Below are positions 19,636-29,538 of a DNA stretch of 64,000 nt, piece after piece (the stretch's first letter is position 1; each line of letters starts with the position of its first letter). Source of the stretch: an uncultured bacterium (GTDB taxonomy: Bacteria; Babelota; Babeliae; Babelales; Vermiphilaceae). Made by a program: the position numbers and the translations under genes. The stretch covers positions 704,001-768,000 of the forward strand of contig OY970212.1 of assembly GCA_963713925.1 (NCBI GenBank). Reading direction: 5' to 3'. The notes under the pieces were generated by a model. That model did not search any database, was not told the origin of the DNA, and saw only the letters and a program-made list of their open reading frames with translations.

Positions 19636-20862
19636 TTATTCTCCCTTCAACAACGTTCCCACCTGAAAGGTTGCTGATCGATATGCACTGAATCCCGACA
19701 GCATGAGAACTATAAGCATACTGCACGCCCAGCAGAGCATAATGGTTGGCAAAGAAATGTTGACCGGAAGGTGAGTGACATAATACATGTCGGGAAGTTG
19801 TATGTGAATAGTTGAGTGTAACAGCCAGGCACACAAAGTTCCCAGCAGAGTTCCCAAGCCGACAGCAAAGCCGCCAATGAATAGACCTATTAAGAAAAAA
19901 GTTATAAAGAGGTCTTTTGCACGCGCGCGGAGCAAAACTAGCAGAGCCCGTTCTTTACGCTTGTAAAAGGCATACATAGTGAGTAATGACATCAAGTTGG
20001 TTCCTGCAATTAAAAGTACGATGGCCAAAATGAAAAAAGTAACCCATGTTTGCAGAGTCAATGTTGAAAGCAATGCCGGATAAAGCTCTTGCCAGCTCAT
20101 TGCAGTCATTTTGAATCGATGCGACAGTTTCTTTGTCAGTTGATGAATATCTTGATGTGGCTGCGCCTGCATGTGGCATTGTGTGATCTGAGCGTCGGCA
20201 AAATGTGTGCTCAAAAAATCAAACGAACAGAGCATGAAAGCCATATCATATTCTTCAATTCCGGTGCTAAAAAATCCAGTTATGCGAGCATTCATCGGTT
20301 GAAATTCAAGCGATCGGGTTTTCATACGTATATCTTTTGCGACTAAAAAATCTATTTGATCACCGATTTTTTTCCCGAGAAGTTCGGCGCATTTTTTACC
20401 GATAACGACCGAGTCCGATGAAAACAAAGCATGCTTGTCTGAGGTAACTATGGTGTCCATGATGCCCCCCAATTTACGTTCCTTTGCCGGATCAATCGTT
20501 TGCTGGATCATGACCAATGGAGCGTTTGTTTGCTCACAGGGGATAATAATATGTTGCTGCGCAATCGGACTGATGAAAGCAACTGAATCTTTGAACTCTG
20601 TTGTGATGATCGATTCGATGGCATCATACGCAATTGGTTGCCCGGATGCATGCATGATGATTTGGGGGTGTATCGATTGCAATTTTTTGATTGTTTCGAT
20701 ATGGAACCCCTGCATAATGCAACAGATGAGTGTGAATGCAATACTCGTGATGGTCATTGAGAATACGCAGATTTTTATCATACCCGAAATCGCATGATCT
20801 TTATTGCGCGTGAAAATGTAACGGTATGCTAAAAAGAAGGGAAGTTTGAGTTGGGTGAGCAT
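19636..20862 (-). CDS. LolC/E-type (FtsX-like) ABC transporter permease
   Basis: LAYRY..., MQGF, VIGKK.AELLG..IGD, ITGFFSTGIEEYD, YYVTHLPV, four TM segments. Confidence 0.88.
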   Translation of the reverse strand: MLTQLKLPFFLAYRYIFTRNKDHAISGMIKICVFSMTITSIAFTLICCIMQGFHIETIKKLQSIHPQIIMHASGQPIAYDAIESIITTEFKDSVAFISPIAQQHIIIPCEQTNAPLVMIQQTIDPAKERKLGGIMDTIVTSDKHALFSSDSVVIGKKCAELLGKKIGDQIDFLVAKDIRMKTRSLEFQPMNARITGFFSTGIEEYDMAFMLCSFDFLSTHFADAQITQCHMQAQPHQDIHQLTKKLSHRFKMTAMSWQELYPALLSTLTLQTWVTFFILAIVLLIAGTNLMSLLTMYAFYKRKERALLVLLRARAKDLFITFFLIGLFIGGFAVGLGTLLGTLCAWLLHSTIHIQLPDMYYVTHLPVNISLPTIMLCWACSMLIVLMLSGFSAYRSATFQVGTLLKGE

Positions 20863-21021
20863 AAATGGTAAAGTCCATTGAGTTTTTAATGTAATGTGAA
20901 AGCTGCTTTCTTAAAGGGTACAAAAATAGTTTACTCGAAAGTAATTTTTATCAAAAACTCAACGGAGTCTATTTTTGCTTGTAAAAGGACCGACTTTTTT
21001 TTAGGATACGTAGTAATATAA

Positions 21022-21097
21022 CACCCAAGCGAAACTCCCTTACGTTTTTACCCACACTTCACTTAAAGGCTTCGTGTGGGACTTGTGCTTGGGACCC
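21022..21097 (-). repeat. Nested palindromic element
   Basis: Outer arms CACCCAAGC...GCTTGGGACCC; inner arms TACCCACAC...GTGTGGGAC. Confidence 0.75.
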
Positions 21098-21170
21098 GTT
21101 AAAAAGTTAAAAATAATTTACTCATGCTTAACATAGGTTATGTATGGGGCCCACTTATGAGAGGCATGGT

Positions 21171-21845
21171 ATGAAGCAACGCATTATAGTGAGCATCTTA
21201 TGTTCAAGTATACTTGGTTTTTCCGGGTGTGTCAGGATATATAACTGGGCACAAAGCAATTTTTATCAAGGAATTGATATTCGAGATTGTTTTGAAAATC
21301 CTGAGTGTTATCTTAAATCGGTCCATGTGTACGACCAGTTCACAACGGTTGCCATGTTTGATGCGTTGTGGGTTTCTGATCAAGTGCGCCGTGATTTTGC
21401 CCAATTGCATGCGTTTCGCCATTGCAAAACGGGTGATCAAATTAATGAGTATGTAAAAAGAGAGCTCGAAAATAGCAATGATTACATTACTTTTTATGTA
21501 TTGTCATTGTGGGATATACCATTGTCCGGCATCGATCCAGTTTGGACAATTTGTCTTGAGATTGGTAATGCAATGTATCATCCAATAGAAATCAGGCCGG
21601 TCACGCTTTCTCAAGAATATAAAGCTTATTTTGGAGAGGCATATGGGAATTTTAAAACCGCATATCGCGTTGTTTTCAATGCAAAAGATACGCGCGACAA
21701 TCCGATTCTGACTCCTTCAACACCAATGATGTCGTTGGTCTTCAGATCGATCAACAAAGAAGCGGCTCTTACCTGGTGCTTGTATGATATTTGTTCAATG
21801 GACACCAAAAATGGTGAAATTATTTCACATGAGGCGCGACTATGA
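21171..21845 (+). CDS. Hypothetical lipoprotein
   Basis: MKQRII...GFSGC lipobox-like N-terminus; ATGA overlap with rpiB. Confidence 0.75.
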   Translation: MKQRIIVSILCSSILGFSGCVRIYNWAQSNFYQGIDIRDCFENPECYLKSVHVYDQFTTVAMFDALWVSDQVRRDFAQLHAFRHCKTGDQINEYVKRELENSNDYITFYVLSLWDIPLSGIDPVWTICLEIGNAMYHPIEIRPVTLSQEYKAYFGEAYGNFKTAYRVVFNAKDTRDNPILTPSTPMMSLVFRSINKEAALTWCLYDICSMDTKNGEIISHEARL

Positions 21846-22279
21846 TTATAGCAATTGGCGCCGATCATCGTGGATTCGAGCTGAAAGAAGAAATAAAAAA
21901 ACGCTTGTATCTTGCCGACACACCAATTAAATGGGATGATGTGGGCGCCTTTGACGCTGTGCGCAGTGATTATCCGATTTTTGCTCAAGCAGTTGTTCAT
22001 GAATTGTTACATAAAAAAGCTGATGTTGGAATCTTGCTCTGCGGTTCCGGCGCCGGGATGGCGATTGCTGCAAATCGGTTTGCACATATCTATGCAGGGT
22101 TAGCATGGAACGTTGAAACCGCGATTTCGGCAAAAGAAGATGATAATGTAAATGTATTAATTATCCCGTCAGATTACGTTGATGCGCAAACAGCGTTGCA
22201 GATGATACAAAAATGGCTGACCGCTCAGTTCAAAGAAGAGCGATATCGTCAGCGAATTGATCAAATAGATAAAACATAA
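21842..22279 (+). CDS. rpiB: Ribose-5-phosphate isomerase B (RpiB/LacA/LacB family)
   Basis: IGADHRGF.LK, DYP, GILLCGSGAGMAIAANR, NVL. Confidence 0.93.
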   Translation: MIIAIGADHRGFELKEEIKKRLYLADTPIKWDDVGAFDAVRSDYPIFAQAVVHELLHKKADVGILLCGSGAGMAIAANRFAHIYAGLAWNVETAISAKEDDNVNVLIIPSDYVDAQTALQMIQKWLTAQFKEERYRQRIDQIDKT

Positions 22280-22319
22280 CCCATTAAGTTGAACACAACT
22301 CTTCATTGTAATCGCAGAT

Positions 22320-22602
22320 CCGTTCGTGGTGAGCGGAGCGTAATTTTGGGGTCCCCGATGAAGCGTAAGCGAAACTGGGCCCCATACGAAGCTCGCGAAG
22401 TATGGGTAAAAAATTGGGGCATTAGCGCAGTCGAATCCATTTGAACGGCAAAAAAAGCAAGATTCAATGAGGTCCTAATAAAATGAGGTGCTTACTTTGT
22501 AAACACCTCATTTTATTTTCTTTTTCGTTCGTATGGTTCGACTTCGTTTGCACTTTTACCCATGCTGTGCGCATGGCTCAAAACTTCGCTCACCACGAAC
22601 GA
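22320..22602. repeat. Inverted pair of CGTTCGTGGTGAGC..GTCGAA..GAACG MITE/REP-like elements with nested GGGNCCC elements, flanking a terminator (22480-22514)
   Basis: 22320-22448 forward and 22525-22602 reverse share CGTTCGTGGTGAGC and GTCGAA(T)CCAT..GAACG. Confidence 0.75.
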
Positions 22603-22640
22603 CAACTCAACGAACATCCAGAGCACTAAGGCTGAAAATT

Positions 22641-25151
22641 TTAATTAGTTACTGCTTCTAGGCCGATTTCCTTTGAAGCGGGATCAATGACTGGCGCAGA
22701 GTTTTTGACAGGAGCGTCAGCTTGCTGCTTAGATTGTGCTTCTTCAAATGCCTTTCTACCTTGTTCCATCATTTCTTTTTCTTCAGGAGTCAATTGATCT
22801 TTTGCCAAACGATCAGCAAAACCAACAAAGTATACAAATTGCTCACCTGAAAGGGATTTATGTTCCATAATCATCTGTGTCAACATATCAAGCGCTTTAC
22901 TATTTTGTTGTAAAAGCTCTTTAACTTCGTTCTCAAGTTTTATTATCAAATTATAAGCCTGAGTGAGTTTCTCTTTTTGTACTTCTTTTGGCAGTTTGTT
23001 GAGGTCCATGCCGTTAAGACATATTTTTTGAGCCAATCCGAGAGCCTGTTTTTTGTCTTCATTTTGATAATCAAGTGTGCAAGTGTTGAAGAGCATTTCT
23101 TGTGCAATAGATCCGGCAAGGAGCACTTTTATTTCAAGCTCAAGCTCTTTTTTGGAATCAATTTTTAAACTGTCAGTCGCACGGTAGGTAAACACTTTGC
23201 CGTATTGAATTGCTTCTTTGTTAAGTGGTTGTTTTTTTTCTTCGGGAGAGTACCACCACGATGGTTTTTCAGTGATTTTTATGTTCACCGGGTTGAGCGT
23301 GATGTACGATACCTTATCGGTGGTATTGAGTAATATACGAGTCAATGCTGATCCGGTCAGATAGGCAGCAATGAGCGCTTGTTCTTGTGCTGAAATGTTT
23401 TCATCTGGGGAGTGAATGATTGATCTGATTTCATCATTCAAGCTGTCCTCAAGCAACGCTTGGCTGACAGTCGTTCCCATAATTTTTGCTTTACGGAATG
23501 CACTTTTGACCATTGAATTCAGATCTTCATAGTTGCAGCCATCAGTTTCTCTGGCAAGTCTTTCAACATCAAATAGATTAACATCAAGCGCGAGCTCCGA
23601 CAATCTACGCACTAAATATTCTCGACGATTTTCAAAGTTTGGCAAATCAAAATGAAGGGTTGTTCCAAAGCGGCCTTTGCGACGCAACGCTTCATCGATT
23701 TGCTCAGGCTTGTTCGTTGCTGCAAGCAAAATGACTTGTTTAGCCGGATCGGTTTCCATAAAACCGCTCATGCCGGTCAAAAATTCACTCAACACGCGCG
23801 GATTTGATGACTGTGCGCCGAGCAAGTGTATTTCATCGATAAATACCACCACTGGAGCAATAGATCTTAACGAAGCGAACATACTTTCGACGCTGCCAAA
23901 GAGTCCACCATTTTCCAATGGTAAGAGAATTTCAGAAGCTGAGAAACTGTAGTATTTGAAATTGGTGCCATTATTTGATTTCGCTATTTGTTTTTTAATT
24001 TCTCCGCACAATGCTTTTGCAAATTCGGTTTTACCCGATCCCGGCCCGCCGATAAGCAAGTAGCCTTTATCAGGGAAGCTTTTTTTTCTGCCATGCATTT
24101 CGGCATTTGCCAGGTAGTCTAAGATAGGTAGGCATTGTTGCTTTTGATAGTCGCAGCCGATAATTGAGTTGAAATCAGACGAAATGTCGTTCCATTGGGT
24201 AATGCCGCCTTTTTTGTAACGATATTCTCCGCCACGCAAGAAGTTGGCAAGATTAGTCGCTTTTTCACTGACAAAGGCGTTGATTTCCTTTGCCAAAAAA
24301 CCATATGCAACGGCAAGAGGTGGCACAATGTAATTCAGAGGAGCTAATCCACCACGCGCATAGTCTGTGAGTGATTTAAAGATATGTCCAAGTCGATGAA
24401 CTGGTTTCTTATCATCCGGAACGGCAAGCATGTTATCCGGAACAGGAAACCCAGTGTAATTTCTGACAAATGTTGGCGATTCCCAACCACCATAAAACCA
24501 TCCGGTAAACGTAGCAGCGGCAGTTAAGCCTACAATTGCCGCAATTTTAGGAACATTGTATTTAAAGCATGGCTGCATGATTGTTCTGTCAAACTTACGA
24601 AACGCGTGGTTATACCAGGCGAGGCCGGCAGTTTTTGCGCGCGCACTAAAGATATCGCATGCTTTTGCAACACGTGTTATTTTCGTATCAACTTCTTCAG
24701 GAGAGATTTCAGTGTCAATCTCTATCGATTTTTTAAAGACCGATTCAATATCAACCGATTCGAAATCTTTAAAGTTATTTTTTAGTGACGCGTTGACTAA
24801 TTTGAGCAAAGAGTGTGTCAGAGTAGTCGCGCGCAAAAGATCTTGCGGCTGAGCGCCCAAAAATTCATTATTTTTGAGCATAAACGTCAGTTGACGGATT
24901 TCGGTTAATTTTGTGATGACATCTTCTTTTTTGATTGCCGGCTTGAGAGTGCCAACAGAGATTTCAAGAGAAAGATCTTCAATAAGAGCGTCTAATTTTG
25001 CAACAAGGGCGACCAGTTTTTCTACCAGTGGTTGCATAATTGAGGCATGAACAATGCTTTGTTTTGGTGTCGTTTCCGGGGTGTCCGAAGCAGGTAGACT
25101 ACTTGCACATGCAAGAAGGATGGATAGTAGTCCTTTTTGTATTAATTTCAT
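22641..25151 (-). CDS. FtsH-like membrane AAA+ ATPase with degenerate M41 peptidase domain
   Basis: Walker A GGPGSGKT, Walker B VFIDE, SRH ATNKPEQIDEALRRKGRF, and LLAGSIAQE M41-like helix. AAYLTGSA replaces the HExxH motif. Confidence 0.85.
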   Translation of the reverse strand: MKLIQKGLLSILLACASSLPASDTPETTPKQSIVHASIMQPLVEKLVALVAKLDALIEDLSLEISVGTLKPAIKKEDVITKLTEIRQLTFMLKNNEFLGAQPQDLLRATTLTHSLLKLVNASLKNNFKDFESVDIESVFKKSIEIDTEISPEEVDTKITRVAKACDIFSARAKTAGLAWYNHAFRKFDRTIMQPCFKYNVPKIAAIVGLTAAATFTGWFYGGWESPTFVRNYTGFPVPDNMLAVPDDKKPVHRLGHIFKSLTDYARGGLAPLNYIVPPLAVAYGFLAKEINAFVSEKATNLANFLRGGEYRYKKGGITQWNDISSDFNSIIGCDYQKQQCLPILDYLANAEMHGRKKSFPDKGYLLIGGPGSGKTEFAKALCGEIKKQIAKSNNGTNFKYYSFSASEILLPLENGGLFGSVESMFASLRSIAPVVVFIDEIHLLGAQSSNPRVLSEFLTGMSGFMETDPAKQVILLAATNKPEQIDEALRRKGRFGTTLHFDLPNFENRREYLVRRLSELALDVNLFDVERLARETDGCNYEDLNSMVKSAFRKAKIMGTTVSQALLEDSLNDEIRSIIHSPDENISAQEQALIAAYLTGSALTRILLNTTDKVSYITLNPVNIKITEKPSWWYSPEEKKQPLNKEAIQYGKVFTYRATDSLKIDSKKELELEIKVLLAGSIAQEMLFNTCTLDYQNEDKKQALGLAQKICLNGMDLNKLPKEVQKEKLTQAYNLIIKLENEVKELLQQNSKALDMLTQMIMEHKSLSGEQFVYFVGFADRLAKDQLTPEEKEMMEQGRKAFEEAQSKQQADAPVKNSAPVIDPASKEIGLEAVTN

Positions 25152-25359
25152 AAGAAAATCCCTTTATAACAGACTGTCTATTTCTTTATGTATTGTCTGT
25201 TAGTATAACAGGTATTATCCGTTTGTCATTGGGCTTATGCCCAAAATTATTATTCTTTGAAAAGTAAGATATTGAGTGCGATGTTCTATTTTTTAAAATT
25301 GTTACTCATGGTACGCTTAATTGCATAAAAATATTTATGAAGTTTAAGAAAGGTTTTTT

Positions 25360-26853
25360 ATGCAATTCAATAAATCAGGTCTGTTTTCTTTTCTGCTTGG
25401 AGGGGCGGTTGTCCTTGGGCTGTCTGCTCTTTACACAATGTACACCAAATCGGCCTGTTGCGGGGGGATCTTTGAATCGGTTACTCATCCCAATATGAAA
25501 GACTTTTTGGCAACAGACCATAAAGATCGAACCTATATTCCCATAGCAATTATAGGAACGGGACCTTCAGGAGCAAGTGCGGCCATTTATGGGGCGCGAT
25601 CTATGATGAGAACGGTGGCTTTTCAGGGCTCTCGCCCGGGTGGCTTATTGACTATGACTTCCGATGTTGAAAACTGGCCGGGAGTCAAAAAGAATAAGGG
25701 AATGGAAATCATGGATAGCATTGCCAATCAGGCAAAAGAATTTGGAGCTATCTTTGCCGATGACACTATTAAATCAATTGATTTCAGTTCATGGCCGTAT
25801 AAAATTACCACCGATTTAGATAAAGAATATTATGCCTTCACGCTCGTCATAGCCACAGGGGCAAATCCGATTTTACTCGGTTTGCCAAGCGAGCAACATT
25901 TCTTTGGCCGTGGGGTGGGGACCTGTGCATTGTGCGATGCCGCATTTTATAAGGGCAAAGAAGTTGCGATCGTCGGTGGAGGAGATTCGGCCGTTGAGGA
26001 GGCTATCCAGCTGGCCGCATATGCAAGCAAAGTAACAGTGTTGGTGCGTAAGGAAAAGATGCGGGCTGCAGCCAGCATGCAACACATGCTCAAAGAGTAT
26101 CCACATATTCACATTGTATACAACACTGAGGTTCAGGAAGTATTGGGCGATGATAAGGATGGGGTAACGGGGTTGCGCCTTCTGAATAATACAACGAATA
26201 AAGTAAGCGATTTTAAAGTTGACGGGCTCTTTTTAGCCATCGGGCATGAACCGAGCACTACGCTCTTTAAAGGTAAGCTCGCCATGGATAAACAAGGCTA
26301 TTTGACAATGAAAGGGCGTACGCAACAGACTTCAGTCACCGGAGTTTTTGCTGGTGGCGATTGTCACGATCATCGCTATCGTCAGGCTGTAACCGCTTCA
26401 GGATTTGGAGCGGCGGCCGGTATTGATGCGGTTAATTACCTCAAAGAAATCGGGTTTAGCACTCAAATGCAGCAAGCTCTTGCGGATCACATCTATACCC
26501 CGGAGCCAGATCAAGCGCAAGAAGATCCTGTCAAAGAGGTGACGGACCTTGCAGCATTCGAGAAGCTTATCTCCGGTAGATACCCTGTTTTTGTCGATTT
26601 CTGGGCAGACTGGTGTCCATCTTGCATGCAAATGCTTCCAGGATATCATGCGGCTGCAAAAGAATTGCAAGGCACGGTTAATTTTATCTCGGTAGATTTT
26701 GATAAGGCATCTGAAATAGTTGAACGCTATGAAGTCAAAAAAGTGCCAACGCTGCTTGTTTTTGTCAACGGAGCTATCGCGGCTCGTTTTTCCAAAACGT
26801 TGAGCCAAAAAGAGCTGCTTGAGTTAGCACAAAACTATATGGTAGCTGGGTAA
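25360..26853 (+). CDS. trxB: Thioredoxin reductase fused to a C-terminal thioredoxin
   Basis: GTGPSG, VENWPG, CALCD, GGGDSAVEE, RQAVTASG, then DFWADWCPSC; N-terminal hydrophobic anchor. Confidence 0.93.
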   Translation: MQFNKSGLFSFLLGGAVVLGLSALYTMYTKSACCGGIFESVTHPNMKDFLATDHKDRTYIPIAIIGTGPSGASAAIYGARSMMRTVAFQGSRPGGLLTMTSDVENWPGVKKNKGMEIMDSIANQAKEFGAIFADDTIKSIDFSSWPYKITTDLDKEYYAFTLVIATGANPILLGLPSEQHFFGRGVGTCALCDAAFYKGKEVAIVGGGDSAVEEAIQLAAYASKVTVLVRKEKMRAAASMQHMLKEYPHIHIVYNTEVQEVLGDDKDGVTGLRLLNNTTNKVSDFKVDGLFLAIGHEPSTTLFKGKLAMDKQGYLTMKGRTQQTSVTGVFAGGDCHDHRYRQAVTASGFGAAAGIDAVNYLKEIGFSTQMQQALADHIYTPEPDQAQEDPVKEVTDLAAFEKLISGRYPVFVDFWADWCPSCMQMLPGYHAAAKELQGTVNFISVDFDKASEIVERYEVKKVPTLLVFVNGAIAARFSKTLSQKELLELAQNYMVAG

Positions 26854-26875
26854 CATCATTTTATAAGTGGAACTA

Positions 26876-27017
26876 AGAGCTTATACGAAAATTAAGCTTT
26901 CTAACTAAAAGGGTTGGTTGTCATGCTGAACTTGTTTCAGCATCCAGGTTAAGTAGATCCTGAAATAAATTCAGGATGACATAGAATCAGGACTTCTGGG
27001 ATTTTTGGATGAGCTCT
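26876..27017. repeat. Nested MITE/REP-like palindromic element
   Basis: Outer IR AGAGCTTATACGAAAAT / ATTTTTGGATGAGCTCT; inner TGTCATGCTGAACTTGTTTCAGCATC...GATCCTGAAATAAATTCAGGATGACA. Confidence 0.75.
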
Positions 27018-27028
27018 CATTAAAAATT

Positions 27029-27067
27029 GCGGAGCATTGGGCTTTTCCCAGTGCTCCGCTTGTTTTT
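27029..27067 (+). terminator. Rho-independent terminator
   Basis: GCGGAGCATTGGG-CTTTT-CCCAGTGCTCCGC followed by a T-rich tail. Confidence 0.75.
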
Positions 27068-27280
27068 AACTAAAAAATCTCAGTTGTGGCAACATTATTT
27101 TTTGTTTTTGTATAAAATATTGCAGACTGAAATGTTAAAATGATACTCTCATTTATGAAATTGATTTTTAAAAATAGGGGCTTGTTTTTAGGTTATTGTT
27201 TCGGGTCCCAAATAGTTTTTCACGCCACAGGCTTCAGGCGACGGCGGAAAAACGAAGTTGAATTTGGTGAAAGGTGGCTC

Positions 27281-28408
27281 ATGAAAAAGAGAATTGGTTC
27301 GCGAAAAATATTAACGAGTTGTTTTGCGTTGTTGACGGTTGTCACAGTAGCACGATTTTGGCCGAACCGGTTGCATGCGGGACATTATGCAGTAAATCGA
27401 GCGCCGATCAATGCTTTAATGAGTAATGCATATGGTTCCGTTATTGCTCGTGACCAATCCTCAATTCCCGGAGCGATTGTAGAAAAAGTGGCTATTTACA
27501 GCCAAAAAGATTATCAAGAGCCGCATCAACGGGTTGAGCGAACGGGCATGTTAGTGCGTTACCCTCATGCCAAGGGGACTATTTTGATCTGTCATGGATT
27601 TATGTGTGATAAATATGATACCGGCTTTTTGCGTCAGTTATTTAACGCAGGTGAATATAACATTATGACCTTCGATTTTAGAGGCCATGGTGAAAAACGG
27701 GACAATCAACATTGTACGCTCGGTCAAAATGAGGCATATGATGTGATCGCGTCAGCTCATTTTTTAAAAGAACATGAAAATATGAAGGGCTTGCCATTGA
27801 TAGCATATGGTTTTTCAATGGGAGCGGTGGCTGCAATTGAGGCGCAAGCAAAAGATTCTATGTTTGCGGGGCTTATTTTAGATTGTCCGTTTAGTTCCTC
27901 AGAGCGACTCATTTATCGAGGAATTGATCAAATTAAATATAATATTTTGGGATATACATTTGATTTGCCGGGAAAATCGGTCTTGCAAAAATATGCCTTC
28001 CATCCCTACATACAATCAATGGTGAAAATGGTGTTGAAAGTAGTGTCGAAATTAGACAGCAAAGATGTGAATTTATTTGTGCCGGCATTCCATCCGGTAG
28101 AATCGGTGAGAAAAATTTCAGCTCCCTGTCTTTTTATTCATTGCAAAAATGATGAATTAGTTCCTGAAAATGCGGTGAATGAGCTCTTTAATGGAGCAAA
28201 AGGCTATAAGCGTTTGTGGTTGACCAATGGACGTAAGCACTATGATTCATTCTTCTACAATCCAGAGCGTTATGTGTACCAAGTTCGTGAGTTTGTGCAT
28301 CAAGTTGTTGAGCATACATTGCCGATGTTGCGCAACGGCGAAGTAGCCATTGATGCGGAAGATATTTTTAATCCGGAAAAAGCAGAGACCAATTTTGCGA
28401 TTAATTAA
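27281..28408 (+). CDS. Alpha/beta hydrolase
   Basis: HGF, FDFRGHG, GFSMG nucleophile elbow, HCKNDELVP, GRKH. The track 5' extension runs through a repeat. Confidence 0.88.
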   Translation: MKKRIGSRKILTSCFALLTVVTVARFWPNRLHAGHYAVNRAPINALMSNAYGSVIARDQSSIPGAIVEKVAIYSQKDYQEPHQRVERTGMLVRYPHAKGTILICHGFMCDKYDTGFLRQLFNAGEYNIMTFDFRGHGEKRDNQHCTLGQNEAYDVIASAHFLKEHENMKGLPLIAYGFSMGAVAAIEAQAKDSMFAGLILDCPFSSSERLIYRGIDQIKYNILGYTFDLPGKSVLQKYAFHPYIQSMVKMVLKVVSKLDSKDVNLFVPAFHPVESVRKISAPCLFIHCKNDELVPENAVNELFNGAKGYKRLWLTNGRKHYDSFFYNPERYVYQVREFVHQVVEHTLPMLRNGEVAIDAEDIFNPEKAETNFAIN

Positions 28409-28480
28409 AAAGTTGTTTTAAAAAGGGAATTTTTGGTTACACTATCTGCACAACAAAAGAATCATAACGAGGATTATACG

Positions 28481-29485
28481 ATGAATTGGTCAGTCAAAAC
28501 GATGGTGTGTATCATGAGTATGCTTGTTTTAAGCGTGCGATCTGCCGATCAAAGCGGAAAGTTAATTATAAGCGATAATAGTAACGCGTATATCTTTGGT
28601 AAAAAATATAAAGATGGGCAGTATAACATATCATCTCTTTTAACAGGATTAATCAAAGTAAGTGATAATTCCAAATTCGTGATTGACGGTGACCAATCGT
28701 TCAAGTTCGGAATCGTGAATATAACGGTCGGGGATAATAGTCACATTGATATTCATGCCGAACAGTCTCAGAGCCATCCTATGAGTAATCTTCTAAAAAG
28801 TCTTGAGGCTTATGATAACAGTCACATTATTTTGAATAACTTTGGTCGTTCAAAAACATATGCAAAATTAGCGCTGGTGGCAAGGGATAACGGGAAAATA
28901 GTTGTAAACGAAGAATCATCCGTTTTTAATCCTGCACTTGATCCTCAACCGGAGGGAACTATTGTTGCACGCGACAATGGTAAACTTAAAATTAATGGAT
29001 GGAATAATCTGTATCAGGAATTCATTGATAAAAAAATTGAAGCACGAGATGGCATATCGCGGACCATCGGCACCGAAACTTCGTCGAAACGGCTTGATAT
29101 TCCTTCCAACAGACCAACTGTTGTTAACCAACCAATAATTATTAATCGGGCAGGAAATTTGGAAGGACCGCAGAGAGCGGAAAAAGTATCGTGGCTCGGG
29201 TGGCTTACGAGTTTCATGAAACCACGTATGACTGTTATTGCCGGGCAAGGATCTAACAACGCATCATTGACGTATCGGTTGGCACGATTATGGTATCGAT
29301 GGGGGACGCAATTGACCGGGGTGGAGCAAGATCCGGTTTTACGAGAAAAAAGAGAACGAGAACTCTTGGGCCGCAGCGTGATCGTCGATCAAGAGCCATT
29401 GCTTCCCGAATTTGACGAACCGGTTGCTCAACGACAAGGGAGATCATCGTGGTGGCCATGGATTAAGGGCTGGTTTGGTAAATAG
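28481..29485 (+). CDS. Hypothetical secreted protein with DN[S/G] beta-repeats
   Basis: GAGG RBS, signal peptide; ISDNS, VSDNS, VGDNS, AYDNS, ARDNG, ARDNG repeats. Confidence 0.72.
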   Translation: MNWSVKTMVCIMSMLVLSVRSADQSGKLIISDNSNAYIFGKKYKDGQYNISSLLTGLIKVSDNSKFVIDGDQSFKFGIVNITVGDNSHIDIHAEQSQSHPMSNLLKSLEAYDNSHIILNNFGRSKTYAKLALVARDNGKIVVNEESSVFNPALDPQPEGTIVARDNGKLKINGWNNLYQEFIDKKIEARDGISRTIGTETSSKRLDIPSNRPTVVNQPIIINRAGNLEGPQRAEKVSWLGWLTSFMKPRMTVIAGQGSNNASLTYRLARLWYRWGTQLTGVEQDPVLREKRERELLGRSVIVDQEPLLPEFDEPVAQRQGRSSWWPWIKGWFGK

Positions 29486-29496
29486 ATACAAAAATA

Positions 29497-29524
29497 GAGC
29501 GCGTTACACTCAACGCGCTCTTTG
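29497..29524. terminator. Bidirectional terminator-like hairpin
   Basis: AGAGCGCGTT-ACACTC-AACGCGCTCT. Confidence 0.65.
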
Positions 29525-29538
29525 ATTTTTTACGAACA

